The notes beneath the pieces were generated by a model. It ran no database searches and was not told the origin of the DNA. It worked only from the letters and a program-made list of their open reading frames with translations. The position numbers were made by a program, and so were the translations under genes. From positions 502 to 64,501 of the forward strand of contig DATNFW010000092.1 in the NCBI GenBank assembly GCA_035606175.1: a stretch of 64,000 nucleotides of DNA, written 5' to 3'. The stretch's first letter is position 1, and each line of letters begins with the position of its first letter. Below are positions 28,513 to 37,864 of this stretch, piece by piece. The DNA is from Steroidobacteraceae bacterium (GTDB taxonomy: Bacteria > Pseudomonadota > Gammaproteobacteria > Steroidobacterales > Steroidobacteraceae).

Positions 28513-29916
28513 ATGTCGGAGAGCTCGTATGATCTCGTCGTGCTCGGGTGCGGAGCGGCGGGCCTCTCGGCCGCGGTCGCGCACGATGTCGCCGCCCGCG
28601 CAGCGGGCCGCAAGGCACGGATTGCGGTCGCGGAGCGCGCACCCCGCGAGGCGCGCGGCGGCGCCACTCGCTGGACGAGCTCGTGGTTTCGGATCACCGA
28701 GGATCGGCGGCTCGATCCCGCATTCGTCGCGCGCATGCGCGAGGCCTCGGGCGGGCTTGCAGACCTCGACTACTGCAGAACGCTCGAACGCGAGGTGCCG
28801 GAGACGCTCGCGTTTCTCGAGCGCAACGGGGTCGAGCTCACGTACTTCAAACAGCCTTTCGCAAATCGCAATACGGGCGGCGGGCTCGGCATGCCGGGGC
28901 GCGGCGGGCTCGGCATCGTCGAGGGGCTCTGCGCCGCGCTCGAGCGCACGGCGGGAGTCGAGATGCTCTATGAGACGGAGGCCGTCCGGCTCGAGCTCAC
29001 CGAAAGCGGCCGCATCGCAGGCGTCGTGGTCCGCGCCCGCGACGGGACCGCCCGAACGCTGCGCGCCGGCGCCGGTGTGGTGATCGCCTGCGGGGGATTC
29101 GAGGGCAACGCCGAGATGCTGACCCGGTATCTCGGGCCGCGGGCGTGCGATCTGCCGCTGATTGCGCCGACGCTGCGCTACAACACGGGCGACGGAGTGC
29201 GCATGGCGATGGAGATCGGCGCCGCAACGGCCGGACAATTCGACATGTTCCACGGCGAGCCGGTCGACGCACGCTCGAGCAAGCCCGATGCGGTCGTTTA
29301 CGCCTATCCGTTCGGGATCGTCGTCAATGCACGCGCCGAGCGTTTCTACGACGAGGGCAAGGACAGCTTCGACTCCACTTTCGAGGAGCTCGCCTTCGAG
29401 ATCTGGCGTCATCAGGGCCAGAAGGCGTTCCTCATCGGGGATCAGACCACCGCCTCGATCGAGCCGGTGCAGGCGATCATCCTCACGGACCAGCCGCCGC
29501 TCGCCGGCGCGACGCTCCGCGAACTCGCGACGGCACTCGGCCTCGATCCCCGGGCGCTCGAGCGCACTGTCGCAGCTTACAACTCAGCTATCGGAGCGGG
29601 CGAATTCGATCCGCGAACGTTCGACGGCAAGGCCGCCCGGGGCCTCGTCCCGCCCAAATCGAACTGGGCATTCCCGATCGAGAGGCCGCCGTTCATAGGC
29701 TATCCGCTCACTTGCGCGGTCACTTTCACGTTCGGCGGTGTGCGCACGGACAGTCTTGCCCGGGTGCTCACGCCTTCGGGGGCCGCGATTCCCGGGCTCT
29801 ACGCGGCGGGCGAGGTCACAGGTCTCTACTATCACCACTACCCAGCGGGAACCTCCGTCCTGCGAGCGGCGACCTTCGGGCGTATCGCGGGCGAACACGC
29901 CGCGCGCGCAGGCTAA
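28513..29916 (+). CDS. FAD-dependent oxidoreductase, tricarballylate dehydrogenase (TcuA)-like
   Basis: Starts at MSESSYDLVVLGCGAAGLSAA (dinucleotide-binding GxGxxG). 467 aa. The blocks GGFEGN, ERFYDEG and ...TFTFGGVRTD...L.AAGE resemble TcuA and the fumarate-reductase flavoprotein family. Confidence 0.7.
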   Translation: MSESSYDLVVLGCGAAGLSAAVAHDVAARAAGRKARIAVAERAPREARGGATRWTSSWFRITEDRRLDPAFVARMREASGGLADLDYCRTLEREVPETLAFLERNGVELTYFKQPFANRNTGGGLGMPGRGGLGIVEGLCAALERTAGVEMLYETEAVRLELTESGRIAGVVVRARDGTARTLRAGAGVVIACGGFEGNAEMLTRYLGPRACDLPLIAPTLRYNTGDGVRMAMEIGAATAGQFDMFHGEPVDARSSKPDAVVYAYPFGIVVNARAERFYDEGKDSFDSTFEELAFEIWRHQGQKAFLIGDQTTASIEPVQAIILTDQPPLAGATLRELATALGLDPRALERTVAAYNSAIGAGEFDPRTFDGKAARGLVPPKSNWAFPIERPPFIGYPLTCAVTFTFGGVRTDSLARVLTPSGAAIPGLYAAGEVTGLYYHHYPAGTSVLRAATFGRIAGEHAARAG

Positions 29917-29921
29917 CGCCC

Positions 29922-30117
29922 GCGCTGAAACGGGATTTCATGCCGACGTTGTACGACTATCTCGAGGGGGGCCGGCCGATTCGCCGCATACACGCACGTC
30001 GCTCACGAGGCGGGGCTCGACCTTGCACCCTATGCGAGCCTGCGCGCTTGGCTAAGGCGCGTTGCCGAACAGCCGCGGCACATCCCGATCACGTGGAAGC
30101 CGCTCGAGGAGCCGTAA
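29922..30117 (+). pseudogene. 3' remnant of a glutathione S-transferase gene (C-terminal domain only, with an internal frame change)
   Basis: Frame 0 reads ALKRDFMPTLYDYLEGGRP. From 29977, frame +1 reads RFAAYTHVAHEAGLDLAPYASLRAWLRRVAEQPRHIPITWKPLEEP-stop. This matches the typical GST C-terminal ...IADIA.YAYTHVA.EGGFDL..YP.V.AWL.RV..QPGHV pattern. No N-terminal thioredoxin-like domain is present. Confidence 0.5.
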
Positions 30118-30121
30118 TCGG

Positions 30122-30964
30122 ATGAAAGTCGCTCACGCGAGCCGGATGGACTGGGGCGGCAGCCTCACGGCGCATCGCGCCGGGCGCATGTCTCACAAGG
30201 TCCTGTTCGAGGGCGAGGAGGGCAGCCCCGACAATTATATCTTCGTGCTTGCGAACGAGGGTTCCGACTACTACTCCCCACGCCACCGGCACGCCTGGGA
30301 TCAGGTGCGCTTCTGCCTCGAAGGCTCGATACCCATCGGCCGCGACCTCAGAATCGATGCGGGGGAGATCGGCTACTTCCCCGAGGGCGTGCACTACGGA
30401 CCTCAAGAGGGTGGCCCCGACCGCATCGTCCTCTTGCTGCAGATCGGCGGCGCGAGCGGGCTCGGCTATTTGAGTCCGGCACAGCTCGAGGAAGGACGCA
30501 GACGGCTGCTCGCGGAAGGTGTCTTCGAGGATGGCGTCTTCCGCCGCACGAGCGGCGAAGGGAAGCGCAACGAGGATGCGTACGAGGCGATCTGGCGCGT
30601 CGTCACGGGACGAGCGCTCAGCTATCCGAAGCCCCGTTATCGAGCGCCGATCATCATGCGGCCGGACGCATTTGCGTGGCGTCCGGTGCCTGGCACGGCG
30701 GGAGCTCGGCACAAGGTACTCGGTGAATTCGCCGAGCGCGGCTTGTCGCTCGAGCTCGCGACGATCGACGCCGGATCGACCTACGCCGTGCCCGATGCGC
30801 CCTCGCAGCGGTTTATGTTCGTGCGCGCCGGGGAGGGGGAGTGCGGGACCGAGCCGTTCGAGTCCGGGACGGCCGTCCGACTCGAGTGCGGCGAGGAGGC
30901 GAGCATCCGGGCGGGCACGCGGACGGAGCTCCTTTCAATCAACGTGTCCCCGCTCCGCAACTGA
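30122..30964 (+). CDS. Cupin-domain protein (function unknown)
   Basis: Starts at MKVAHASRMDW (ATG 30122). SPRHRHAWDQVRFCLEG and IGYFPEGVHYGPQ resemble the two cupin motifs. Confidence 0.55.
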   Translation: MKVAHASRMDWGGSLTAHRAGRMSHKVLFEGEEGSPDNYIFVLANEGSDYYSPRHRHAWDQVRFCLEGSIPIGRDLRIDAGEIGYFPEGVHYGPQEGGPDRIVLLLQIGGASGLGYLSPAQLEEGRRRLLAEGVFEDGVFRRTSGEGKRNEDAYEAIWRVVTGRALSYPKPRYRAPIIMRPDAFAWRPVPGTAGARHKVLGEFAERGLSLELATIDAGSTYAVPDAPSQRFMFVRAGEGECGTEPFESGTAVRLECGEEASIRAGTRTELLSINVSPLRN

Positions 30965-32620
30965 CCCCACCGCTGCCGCCGGTGCGAGTCGTTTGCCGCG
31001 GATCAAATCCGCGCCTTTCTCCGCCACCATGATCGTCGGCGCGTTCGTGTTTCCTCCGGGTACGTTCGGCATGACGGAGGCATCGATGACTCGCAGCCGC
31101 TCGATGCCACGGACCTTCAGCTCCGCATCGACCACCGCTGTCGCATCGACGCCCATGCGGCACGTGCCGACGGGGTGCTGCGTGATCTGTCCCGTCTCGC
31201 GGATGTAGCGCGCGAGGTCGGCGTCGGAGGTGCGCTCGGGGCCGGGCATGATCTCGCGCACGATCAGGCTCTTCAGGGGCTCCTGCGCGTAGACCTCGCG
31301 GGCCGCCCGGATGCCGCGGATCATTCGCGCGACATCGCTCGGCTCGGTGAACAGATTGAACCGGATCCGGGGCGGGTCGGCGGGATTCGCCGAGCGCAGC
31401 GTGACGGTGCCGCGGCTGTCCTCACGGATCATCGAGACGGCGACCGCGAGCCCATGATCCGGCGGTTTTGCGATGAGCGGATACCAGATGCGCGCTCCCG
31501 GCTCTGCGGCCGCACCGCCTGCAGGGCACGTGAGCTGCATGTCCGGCCGGTCGAGCCCCGGCTCTGTGCGTAGAAAGAGGTTGCCAGCGCAGGCGTTCGT
31601 CGCGAAGGGACCCGTGCCGAGGAAAGCCCAGCGCAGCACCGAGAGCACCGCCCGGTCGAAGCGCAGATGCTGAAGGAAGGTGCGCGGATGCGCTGCGTTG
31701 AGCGTGAACGTCAGCGGATGCTCGATCAGATTTCGCCCTACGCCCGGCAGATCGTGCAGCGGCTCGATGCCGGCGGCGCGCAGCTCATCGGCCGGGCCGA
31801 TGCCGGACAGCAGAAGCATTTGCGGAGAGCCGTAGACTCCGCCCGCGAGCAAGACCTCCCGCTCCGCACGCACTTGCTCCTTGCGCCCGTTCCTGACGTA
31901 CTCGAGGCCGACCGCACGGCCACCCTCGGTGAGCACACGCGTGACGAGCGTGCGAGTGCGCACGGTCAAATTCGGCCGATGCATCGCGGGGGAGAGGAAC
32001 GCGCGTGCGGCGCTCGCGCGCCGGCCCCGCCGCGTGACTGTCATCTCCATGCGCATGAAGCCTTCGGCGCTCTCGCCGTGATAGTCCGGCGTGACGGGAT
32101 AGCCCGCGGCGCGCGCGGAGGCGCCGACGATATCGCTGAGGACGCACGCTGCATCGGGCACGGTCACTTCGAGCTCGCCCGATCCGCCGTGGTAGGGACC
32201 CTCGCCGAGCCAGCTGCGCTCGGAGCGTTTGAAGTAGGGCAATACGTCCGCGTAGCCCCAGCCCTCGAGTCCCATCGCACGCCAGTCGTCATAGTCGCGC
32301 CGATGGCCGCGCGCATACACCATGCCATTGATGGTCGACGAGCCGCCGAGCACTTTGCCGCGCAGCACCGGGATGCGCCGCCCGTCGAGCCCGGGCTCGG
32401 GCTCGCTCACATATCCCCAGTTGAGTCGCGGGGAGGCGGCATACGTCGGAAACGCGACCGGCATGTCGATGAAGAGCCCGCTCGGCGGCCCACCGGCCTC
32501 GAGCACGAGCACGGTCGTACCGCGCTCCTCGGTCAGGCGGCTCGCGAGCACGCAACCTGCCGATCCTGCGCCCGCGATCACGTAATCGAAGGCAGCCGCT
32601 GAGCCCGCCCGGCTCGCCAT
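30935..32620 (-). CDS. GMC family FAD oxidoreductase (choline / alcohol dehydrogenase-like)
   Basis: 561 aa. N-terminal FDYVIAGAGSAGCVLASRLTE and the GGSSTINGMVY block are present. The C-terminal block is HPVGTCRMG....VVD..L.V.G...LRV.DASVMP. Confidence 0.9.
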   Translation of the reverse strand: MASRAGSAAAFDYVIAGAGSAGCVLASRLTEERGTTVLVLEAGGPPSGLFIDMPVAFPTYAASPRLNWGYVSEPEPGLDGRRIPVLRGKVLGGSSTINGMVYARGHRRDYDDWRAMGLEGWGYADVLPYFKRSERSWLGEGPYHGGSGELEVTVPDAACVLSDIVGASARAAGYPVTPDYHGESAEGFMRMEMTVTRRGRRASAARAFLSPAMHRPNLTVRTRTLVTRVLTEGGRAVGLEYVRNGRKEQVRAEREVLLAGGVYGSPQMLLLSGIGPADELRAAGIEPLHDLPGVGRNLIEHPLTFTLNAAHPRTFLQHLRFDRAVLSVLRWAFLGTGPFATNACAGNLFLRTEPGLDRPDMQLTCPAGGAAAEPGARIWYPLIAKPPDHGLAVAVSMIREDSRGTVTLRSANPADPPRIRFNLFTEPSDVARMIRGIRAAREVYAQEPLKSLIVREIMPGPERTSDADLARYIRETGQITQHPVGTCRMGVDATAVVDAELKVRGIERLRVIDASVMPNVPGGNTNAPTIMVAEKGADLIRGKRLAPAAAVGSVAERGHVD

Positions 32621-32633
32621 GGCGCGCTCAGGA

Positions 32634-32948
32634 CTATCTTTGATCCGCGACTTCGTCGAACTGGATGGTGGGCTGAACGTTCGTGAAGTTGGGCACGTCC
32701 GCGATCAACGTCTGAGTGTGCTTAGCCTGCGACTCCTCGAACACGCGCTCATCGCCGATCCAGAAGTTCACGGTCGCGACATACGGAGGCTTCCCGCCGT
32801 CGGGCCCCGCAAGCCCCTTGCGCAACTCGTACCGCGCGATGCCTTTTCCATAGAGCCTCAGGATGAGGGCTGCGTGGTTCTTCTTGTAGTAATCGAAATC
32901 GAACCGGACCCCCTCGGGGTTCGGGTACAGCACGGTGATGCAGCGCAT
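32634..32948 (-). CDS. EthD family reductase
   Basis: Starts at MRCITVLYPNPEGVRFDFDYYKKNH (ATG 32948). The ~104-aa size and N-terminal pattern are typical of EthD/TIGR02118-type proteins. Confidence 0.75.
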   Translation of the reverse strand: MRCITVLYPNPEGVRFDFDYYKKNHAALILRLYGKGIARYELRKGLAGPDGGKPPYVATVNFWIGDERVFEESQAKHTQTLIADVPNFTNVQPTIQFDEVADQR

Positions 32949-33113
32949 GACAGGACCCTCCGCCTTCACTCGATAACAACTGTGATTATCGGCTCAATAC
33001 ACGCACGGAGCCAAGAGGCACGCAGCGATCCTCCCGCGCCATCGTGGCTTGCAGACAAACACGCTGTCTCAGGAGGATCACTGCATTCCTCGTGACACGG
33101 TGCGCATATCGAG

Positions 33114-36100
33114 TCATTCATTCCCTGTTGGCATCGGAGCCGGTGTCGGGTCGGTTCGCGTGCGCTGTGGTCCATCGAGCGGATCGCGCATGAGACGCCG
33201 TATGACGACGTAGAACACAGGCACGAAGAGGATCCCGAGGAGCGCTGCGGAGAGCATGCCGCCGACGACCCCCGTGCCGATCGCATGACGGGCGTTGGCG
33301 CCCGCGCCGCTCGAGACGACGAGCGGCATCACGCCGAGTATGAATGCGAAGGAAGTCATGAGAATCGGACGGAAGCGCAGCCTCGCAGCCTCGACCACCG
33401 CATCGTGCAGCGTCTTGCCGCTCGCGTGCTCGGTGACGGCGAACTCGACGATGAGGATTGCATTCTTCGCCGCAAGGCCGATGATCGTGATGAGGCCCAC
33501 CTTGAAAAATACGTCGTTCGGCAGCCCGCGCAGCTCCGCCGCCACGATGGCGCCGAGCACGCCGATCGGCACGACGAGGATCACCGACAGCGGAATCGCC
33601 CAGCTCTCATAGAGCGCGGCGAGCGCGAGATAGACGACGAGGATCGAGAGCGCGAACAGCATCGGCGCCTGCTGGCCCGAGACGATCTCCTGCAGCGACT
33701 GGCCCGCCCAGTCGAAACCTACTCCGTTCGGGAGGTACTCCTGCACGAGCCGCTGCATCTCCTGCATCGCCTGGCCGGAGCTGTGTCCGGGTGAGTTCGA
33801 GCCGGTGATCTCGATCGCGGAGTAACCGTCGTACCGCGTGAGGCTCGGGGAGCCGACCTCCCAGGTGGCGTGTACGACGCTCGAGAGTGGAATCATGTTC
33901 GGGATCGACGGAGTCGCGGCCGAGCCCGAGGAGCTGAAAGGCTGCAGCGCGAGCGAGCTCGCCGGTGAGGAGGGGCTCGAGCCGCCCGGACCTGCGTTTG
34001 AAGCCAGCGCCGCAGTGGCGCTGGCCGGCAGCGTGCTCGGCACGTAGAAATGCGTGAGCGCCTCCGGCGACATCCTGTACGGAGCAGCCGCCTGCAACAG
34101 CACGCGCATCACCCGCCCCTGATAGAAGAAATCGTTGGCGTAAACCGGTGCGAGCATCAGCTGGATCGCGGTGTAGATGTCGTTGACGGACAGACCCATC
34201 GCCTGCGCCTGAACGCGATCGATGTTGAGACGCAGCCGCGGCGCATCGGCGATCTGGCTTGCACGCACGTTCGTCAAAATCGGCGACTCCGCAGCGTGCG
34301 CGAGCAGGGTCTGCTGGGCTCGCGTGAGCCCCTCATGGCCGAGACCGGAGCGGTCCTCCAGGAAGAAATCGAAGCCGCCGAAGTTTCCCAGCGAGCGCAC
34401 GGTGGGCAGATTCACCGCGTAGACTTCGGCATCGCGAATCTCCTTGCCGAGCGTGCGATTCGCCCAGCGTATGAATTCGTTCGCCGTCTCGGAGCGCTGG
34501 CTCCAGGGCTTCAGGCGCACGAAGCCGAGCCCGACATTCTCGCCCTGGCCGATGAAGCTGAATCCGGACACCTGCAGGACGATGTCCACCGCGGGGTTTT
34601 GGTGCAGGACCTTCCCGACCCGCAGCAAGACGTCCATCGTGCGCTCGAGTGTGGCGCCGGGCGGCGTCTGCACGATGATGTAGGCGTAGCCTTGATCCTC
34701 CTCGGGCAGGAACCCGCCGGGCAGGCGCGTGAAGAGGAACACCCCGAGGGCGATGAGCACCGCGAAAGCCATCATCCAGCGCGGCGTGTGGCGTACCGAG
34801 ACCGTGATGCGCCGCATGTAGGCGGCGAGTGAGCTCTCGTACGCACGATTGAAGCCGCGGAAGATGATGTTCGGCTTCAAGTGCGCAGGCTTGAGGAGCG
34901 AGGCGCACAGGGCGGGCGTGAACGAGAGAGCGAGAAACGCCGAGAACAGCATGGAAATCGCGATCGTGAGCGCGAACTGCCGATAGATCGCCCCGACGCT
35001 TCCGGTCTGCAGTGCGCTCGGCACGAATACGGCTGCGAGCACCAGGGTGATCGCAACGATGGCCCCCGTGATCTGGCTCATCGCCTTGCGCGTCGCCTCG
35101 CGAGGCTCGAGCTGCTCCTCGCGCATGATTCGCTCGACCGACTCGATGACCACGATGGCATCGTCGACGACGATGCCGATCGCGAGCGCGACTCCGAAAA
35201 GGCTCAGCGTGTTGATCGAAAATCCGGCGACATAGATGCCGATGAACGCGCCCATGAGCGCAACCGGCATGACGAGCGTCGGGATGATGGTTGCCCGGAA
35301 GCTCTGCAGGAAGATGAGCATCGTCAGGAAGACGAGGAATACCGCCCCGCCGAGGGTGTAGACGACTTCGCGGATGGAGATCGTGATGAACTGCGACTGG
35401 TCGAAAGGCACGAACCAGGACACCCCGGGCGGGAAGCTCAGCGCGAGCTGACTCATGCGCGCCTTGATCTCGCGCACGACGGCGAGGGAGTCGGCGCCCG
35501 GCAGCACCGAGATGGAGAAGCCCGCGATCGGCTGGCCATTGATGCGCAGGTCGTGCCCGTACGAGTAGGGGGCGAGCTCGACTTTCGCCACATCCTTCAC
35601 GCGCACCGTCGTGCCGTTCGTGTCGGCACGCACGATGATGTTCGCGAACTCCTCAGGCGAGGTGAAGCGACCCTGCGTCGTCACCGGCACCTCGATCAGC
35701 TGGCCGGGAGTGGACGGCATGGCGCCGATCGAGCCCGCCGCCACTTGCAGATTCTGGGCGCGCACGGCATCGAGCACCTGCGTGGCGGAGAGCCCGAAAG
35801 CATGCAGCTTGTCCGGGTCGAGCCAGATGCGCATCGCGTACTCGGACCCCCACTGGCCGGCCGATGCGACACCGTCGAGCCGCTCGATCTGATCGATGAC
35901 CTGGGTCGCGAGGATGTTGTTGAGCGCGAAGGAGTCGAGCCGACCGTCATCCGAGCGCAGCGCGACGACCATGACGTTGCCGGGGCTCTGCTTGAACACC
36001 GAGATGCCCTGCTGATTCACCTCCGCGGGCAGGCGCGGCTCGGCGAGCTGCACACGCGCCTGGGTCTGGACCGCCGCGATATCGGCATTGGTGCCGGGCT

Positions 36101-36383
36101 CGAACGTGAGCGAGATGTTTGCGTTGCCGAGGTTGTTCGAGGTGGACGTGAAATAGAGCAGATGGTCGAGGCCGGTGAGATTCTGCTCGATGACCTGAGT
36201 CACCGTGCGCTCGACCGTCTGGGAGTCCGCACCGGGGTAAGTTGCCGAGACGCCCACCTGCGGCGGGGCGATGTCGGGATACGCCTCGATCGGCAGGCGC
36301 GTGATCGAGAGAATGCCCCCGAGCGTGATGAGGATCGCGAGGACCCACGCGAAGACCGGATGATCGATGAAAAACCGCGCCAT
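33114..36383 (-). CDS. RND multidrug efflux permease (HAE1, AcrB/MexB-like)
   Basis: 1089 aa. N-terminal MARFFIDHPVFAWVLAILI..GG and a 12-TM architecture with two large periplasmic loops. Confidence 0.95.
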   Translation of the reverse strand: MARFFIDHPVFAWVLAILITLGGILSITRLPIEAYPDIAPPQVGVSATYPGADSQTVERTVTQVIEQNLTGLDHLLYFTSTSNNLGNANISLTFEPGTNADIAAVQTQARVQLAEPRLPAEVNQQGISVFKQSPGNVMVVALRSDDGRLDSFALNNILATQVIDQIERLDGVASAGQWGSEYAMRIWLDPDKLHAFGLSATQVLDAVRAQNLQVAAGSIGAMPSTPGQLIEVPVTTQGRFTSPEEFANIIVRADTNGTTVRVKDVAKVELAPYSYGHDLRINGQPIAGFSISVLPGADSLAVVREIKARMSQLALSFPPGVSWFVPFDQSQFITISIREVVYTLGGAVFLVFLTMLIFLQSFRATIIPTLVMPVALMGAFIGIYVAGFSINTLSLFGVALAIGIVVDDAIVVIESVERIMREEQLEPREATRKAMSQITGAIVAITLVLAAVFVPSALQTGSVGAIYRQFALTIAISMLFSAFLALSFTPALCASLLKPAHLKPNIIFRGFNRAYESSLAAYMRRITVSVRHTPRWMMAFAVLIALGVFLFTRLPGGFLPEEDQGYAYIIVQTPPGATLERTMDVLLRVGKVLHQNPAVDIVLQVSGFSFIGQGENVGLGFVRLKPWSQRSETANEFIRWANRTLGKEIRDAEVYAVNLPTVRSLGNFGGFDFFLEDRSGLGHEGLTRAQQTLLAHAAESPILTNVRASQIADAPRLRLNIDRVQAQAMGLSVNDIYTAIQLMLAPVYANDFFYQGRVMRVLLQAAAPYRMSPEALTHFYVPSTLPASATAALASNAGPGGSSPSSPASSLALQPFSSSGSAATPSIPNMIPLSSVVHATWEVGSPSLTRYDGYSAIEITGSNSPGHSSGQAMQEMQRLVQEYLPNGVGFDWAGQSLQEIVSGQQAPMLFALSILVVYLALAALYESWAIPLSVILVVPIGVLGAIVAAELRGLPNDVFFKVGLITIIGLAAKNAILIVEFAVTEHASGKTLHDAVVEAARLRFRPILMTSFAFILGVMPLVVSSGAGANARHAIGTGVVGGMLSAALLGILFVPVFYVVIRRLMRDPLDGPQRTRTDPTPAPMPTGNE

Positions 36384-36405
36384 GCGCCGCGTCCTGCCCG
36401 CGCCG

Positions 36406-37596
36406 TTACTCGGGCGGCTCCGAGAGGTTCGCGCCCGCGATCGTCGCCGTGCTCGAGACGTACGGCACCGCTCGGGCGAGCATTCCCGGCTTCACCTTGT
36501 CGACTCCCGAGACGATGACCTGATCTCCATCCTCGAGTCCCTGCGTGATGATCCAGTTGCTGCCGAGCATCGTCTCGGCGCGCACCCGCTTTTGCACGAC
36601 GCGGCCGTCGCTGCCGACGACCTGCACGAACGCGCCGGTCGAGTCGCGCCGCACGGCGGCCTGCGTGACGAGGAACGCGTGGTTCTGCGTGCCGATGATC
36701 AGTCGGATGTTGACGAACATGCCGGGCAGCAGCAGCCGGTCGGGATTGGCGATGATGCCGCGGAAAGCGATGGCGCCGTTCGTCGGATCGACCGTGACGG
36801 AAGCGAAGTCGACCGTGCCGATCTCGGGATACGCGGCCCCGTTAGGCAGAATGATCTGCAAGTGCGCCTTATCGCGCTCGACGAGCGTCACATCTCCGGT
36901 CTGCTCCTCATCGCGCAGGCGCAGGATCTCATCGGCCGGCCGGTCGAAATTCACGTACAGCTTGTCGATCTGCTCGATGGTCGTGAGCAGCGTCGCCTCG
37001 CCCTGCCCGACGAGCGCTCCCTCCGTGACCTGCTGCTGTCCCGAGCGCCCGGAGATCGGAGCGCTGACCGTCGCGTAGCCGAGGCTGATGCGCGCGGTCT
37101 CGACGTTTGCCTGAGACTGCTTGACGGCTGCGGCGGTCGAGCGCTCGTTCGCATTGCTCGTGTCGACGTCCGAGCGCGAGATCAGCCCGCTCGGGACGAG
37201 GGTGCGATTGCGCTCGGCGGTCACGTGCGCGTTCGTGGCGTTGGCTTCCGCCTGCGCGAGCTGCGCGAGCGCCGCATTGAGCGCCGCTCGCAGGGGCGCC
37301 GGATCGATTTCGAAGAGCGGCTGGCCTTCGCGCACCTCCGAGCCTTCGCGATAGAGGCGCTTCAAGAGAATCCCGGCTACCCGAGCTCGAACGTCGGCCG
37401 TGCGGACCGGCGAGAGCCGGCCGACCACCTCGCGGCTGAGCGGCACCGCTTCCGCGCGCACGCGCACCACGCCGACCTCGGGAGGCGCCGAACGAGCGGG
37501 GGGCGGCGCCTTGCCGCACCCTGCTAGCCCGAGCGCGGCTGCCGCGGCCGGCAAGAGCGCCGCGCGGAATGTGCTGCGCAGCGATAAAAGGAGCAT
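36406..37596 (-). CDS. RND efflux periplasmic adaptor (membrane fusion protein) lipoprotein
   Basis: Starts at MLLLSLRS... with the lipobox LAGCGK. Hairpin, lipoyl and beta-barrel regions are typical of AcrA/MexA. It lies 22 nt upstream of the RND gene. Confidence 0.9.
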   Translation of the reverse strand: MLLLSLRSTFRAALLPAAAAALGLAGCGKAPPPARSAPPEVGVVRVRAEAVPLSREVVGRLSPVRTADVRARVAGILLKRLYREGSEVREGQPLFEIDPAPLRAALNAALAQLAQAEANATNAHVTAERNRTLVPSGLISRSDVDTSNANERSTAAAVKQSQANVETARISLGYATVSAPISGRSGQQQVTEGALVGQGEATLLTTIEQIDKLYVNFDRPADEILRLRDEEQTGDVTLVERDKAHLQIILPNGAAYPEIGTVDFASVTVDPTNGAIAFRGIIANPDRLLLPGMFVNIRLIIGTQNHAFLVTQAAVRRDSTGAFVQVVGSDGRVVQKRVRAETMLGSNWIITQGLEDGDQVIVSGVDKVKPGMLARAVPYVSSTATIAGANLSEPPE

Positions 37597-37864
37597 GAAA
37601 AGTCTGGAATCCCTGTTCGGCCGGAACGCATTGCGAGTGCCCATTCTATCGAACCTGCCACCCCGCCGCGTTGCCGCACGACGGTCGCGGATCCGCTCAG
37701 GGGTATCCGGATGGTCAATTCAGCGTGTACAACCCGGCACATGCGCCGTTGGGGCGGGGCCGCGGGCTGCACGTTGATTGCGCACCGGCAGTGATGCACG
37801 ATCGGGGCGAATGGGCCGCCGCGGGCGCGAGTCCCGGCCGCGAGGACGCACGAGGTCAGGAAAC

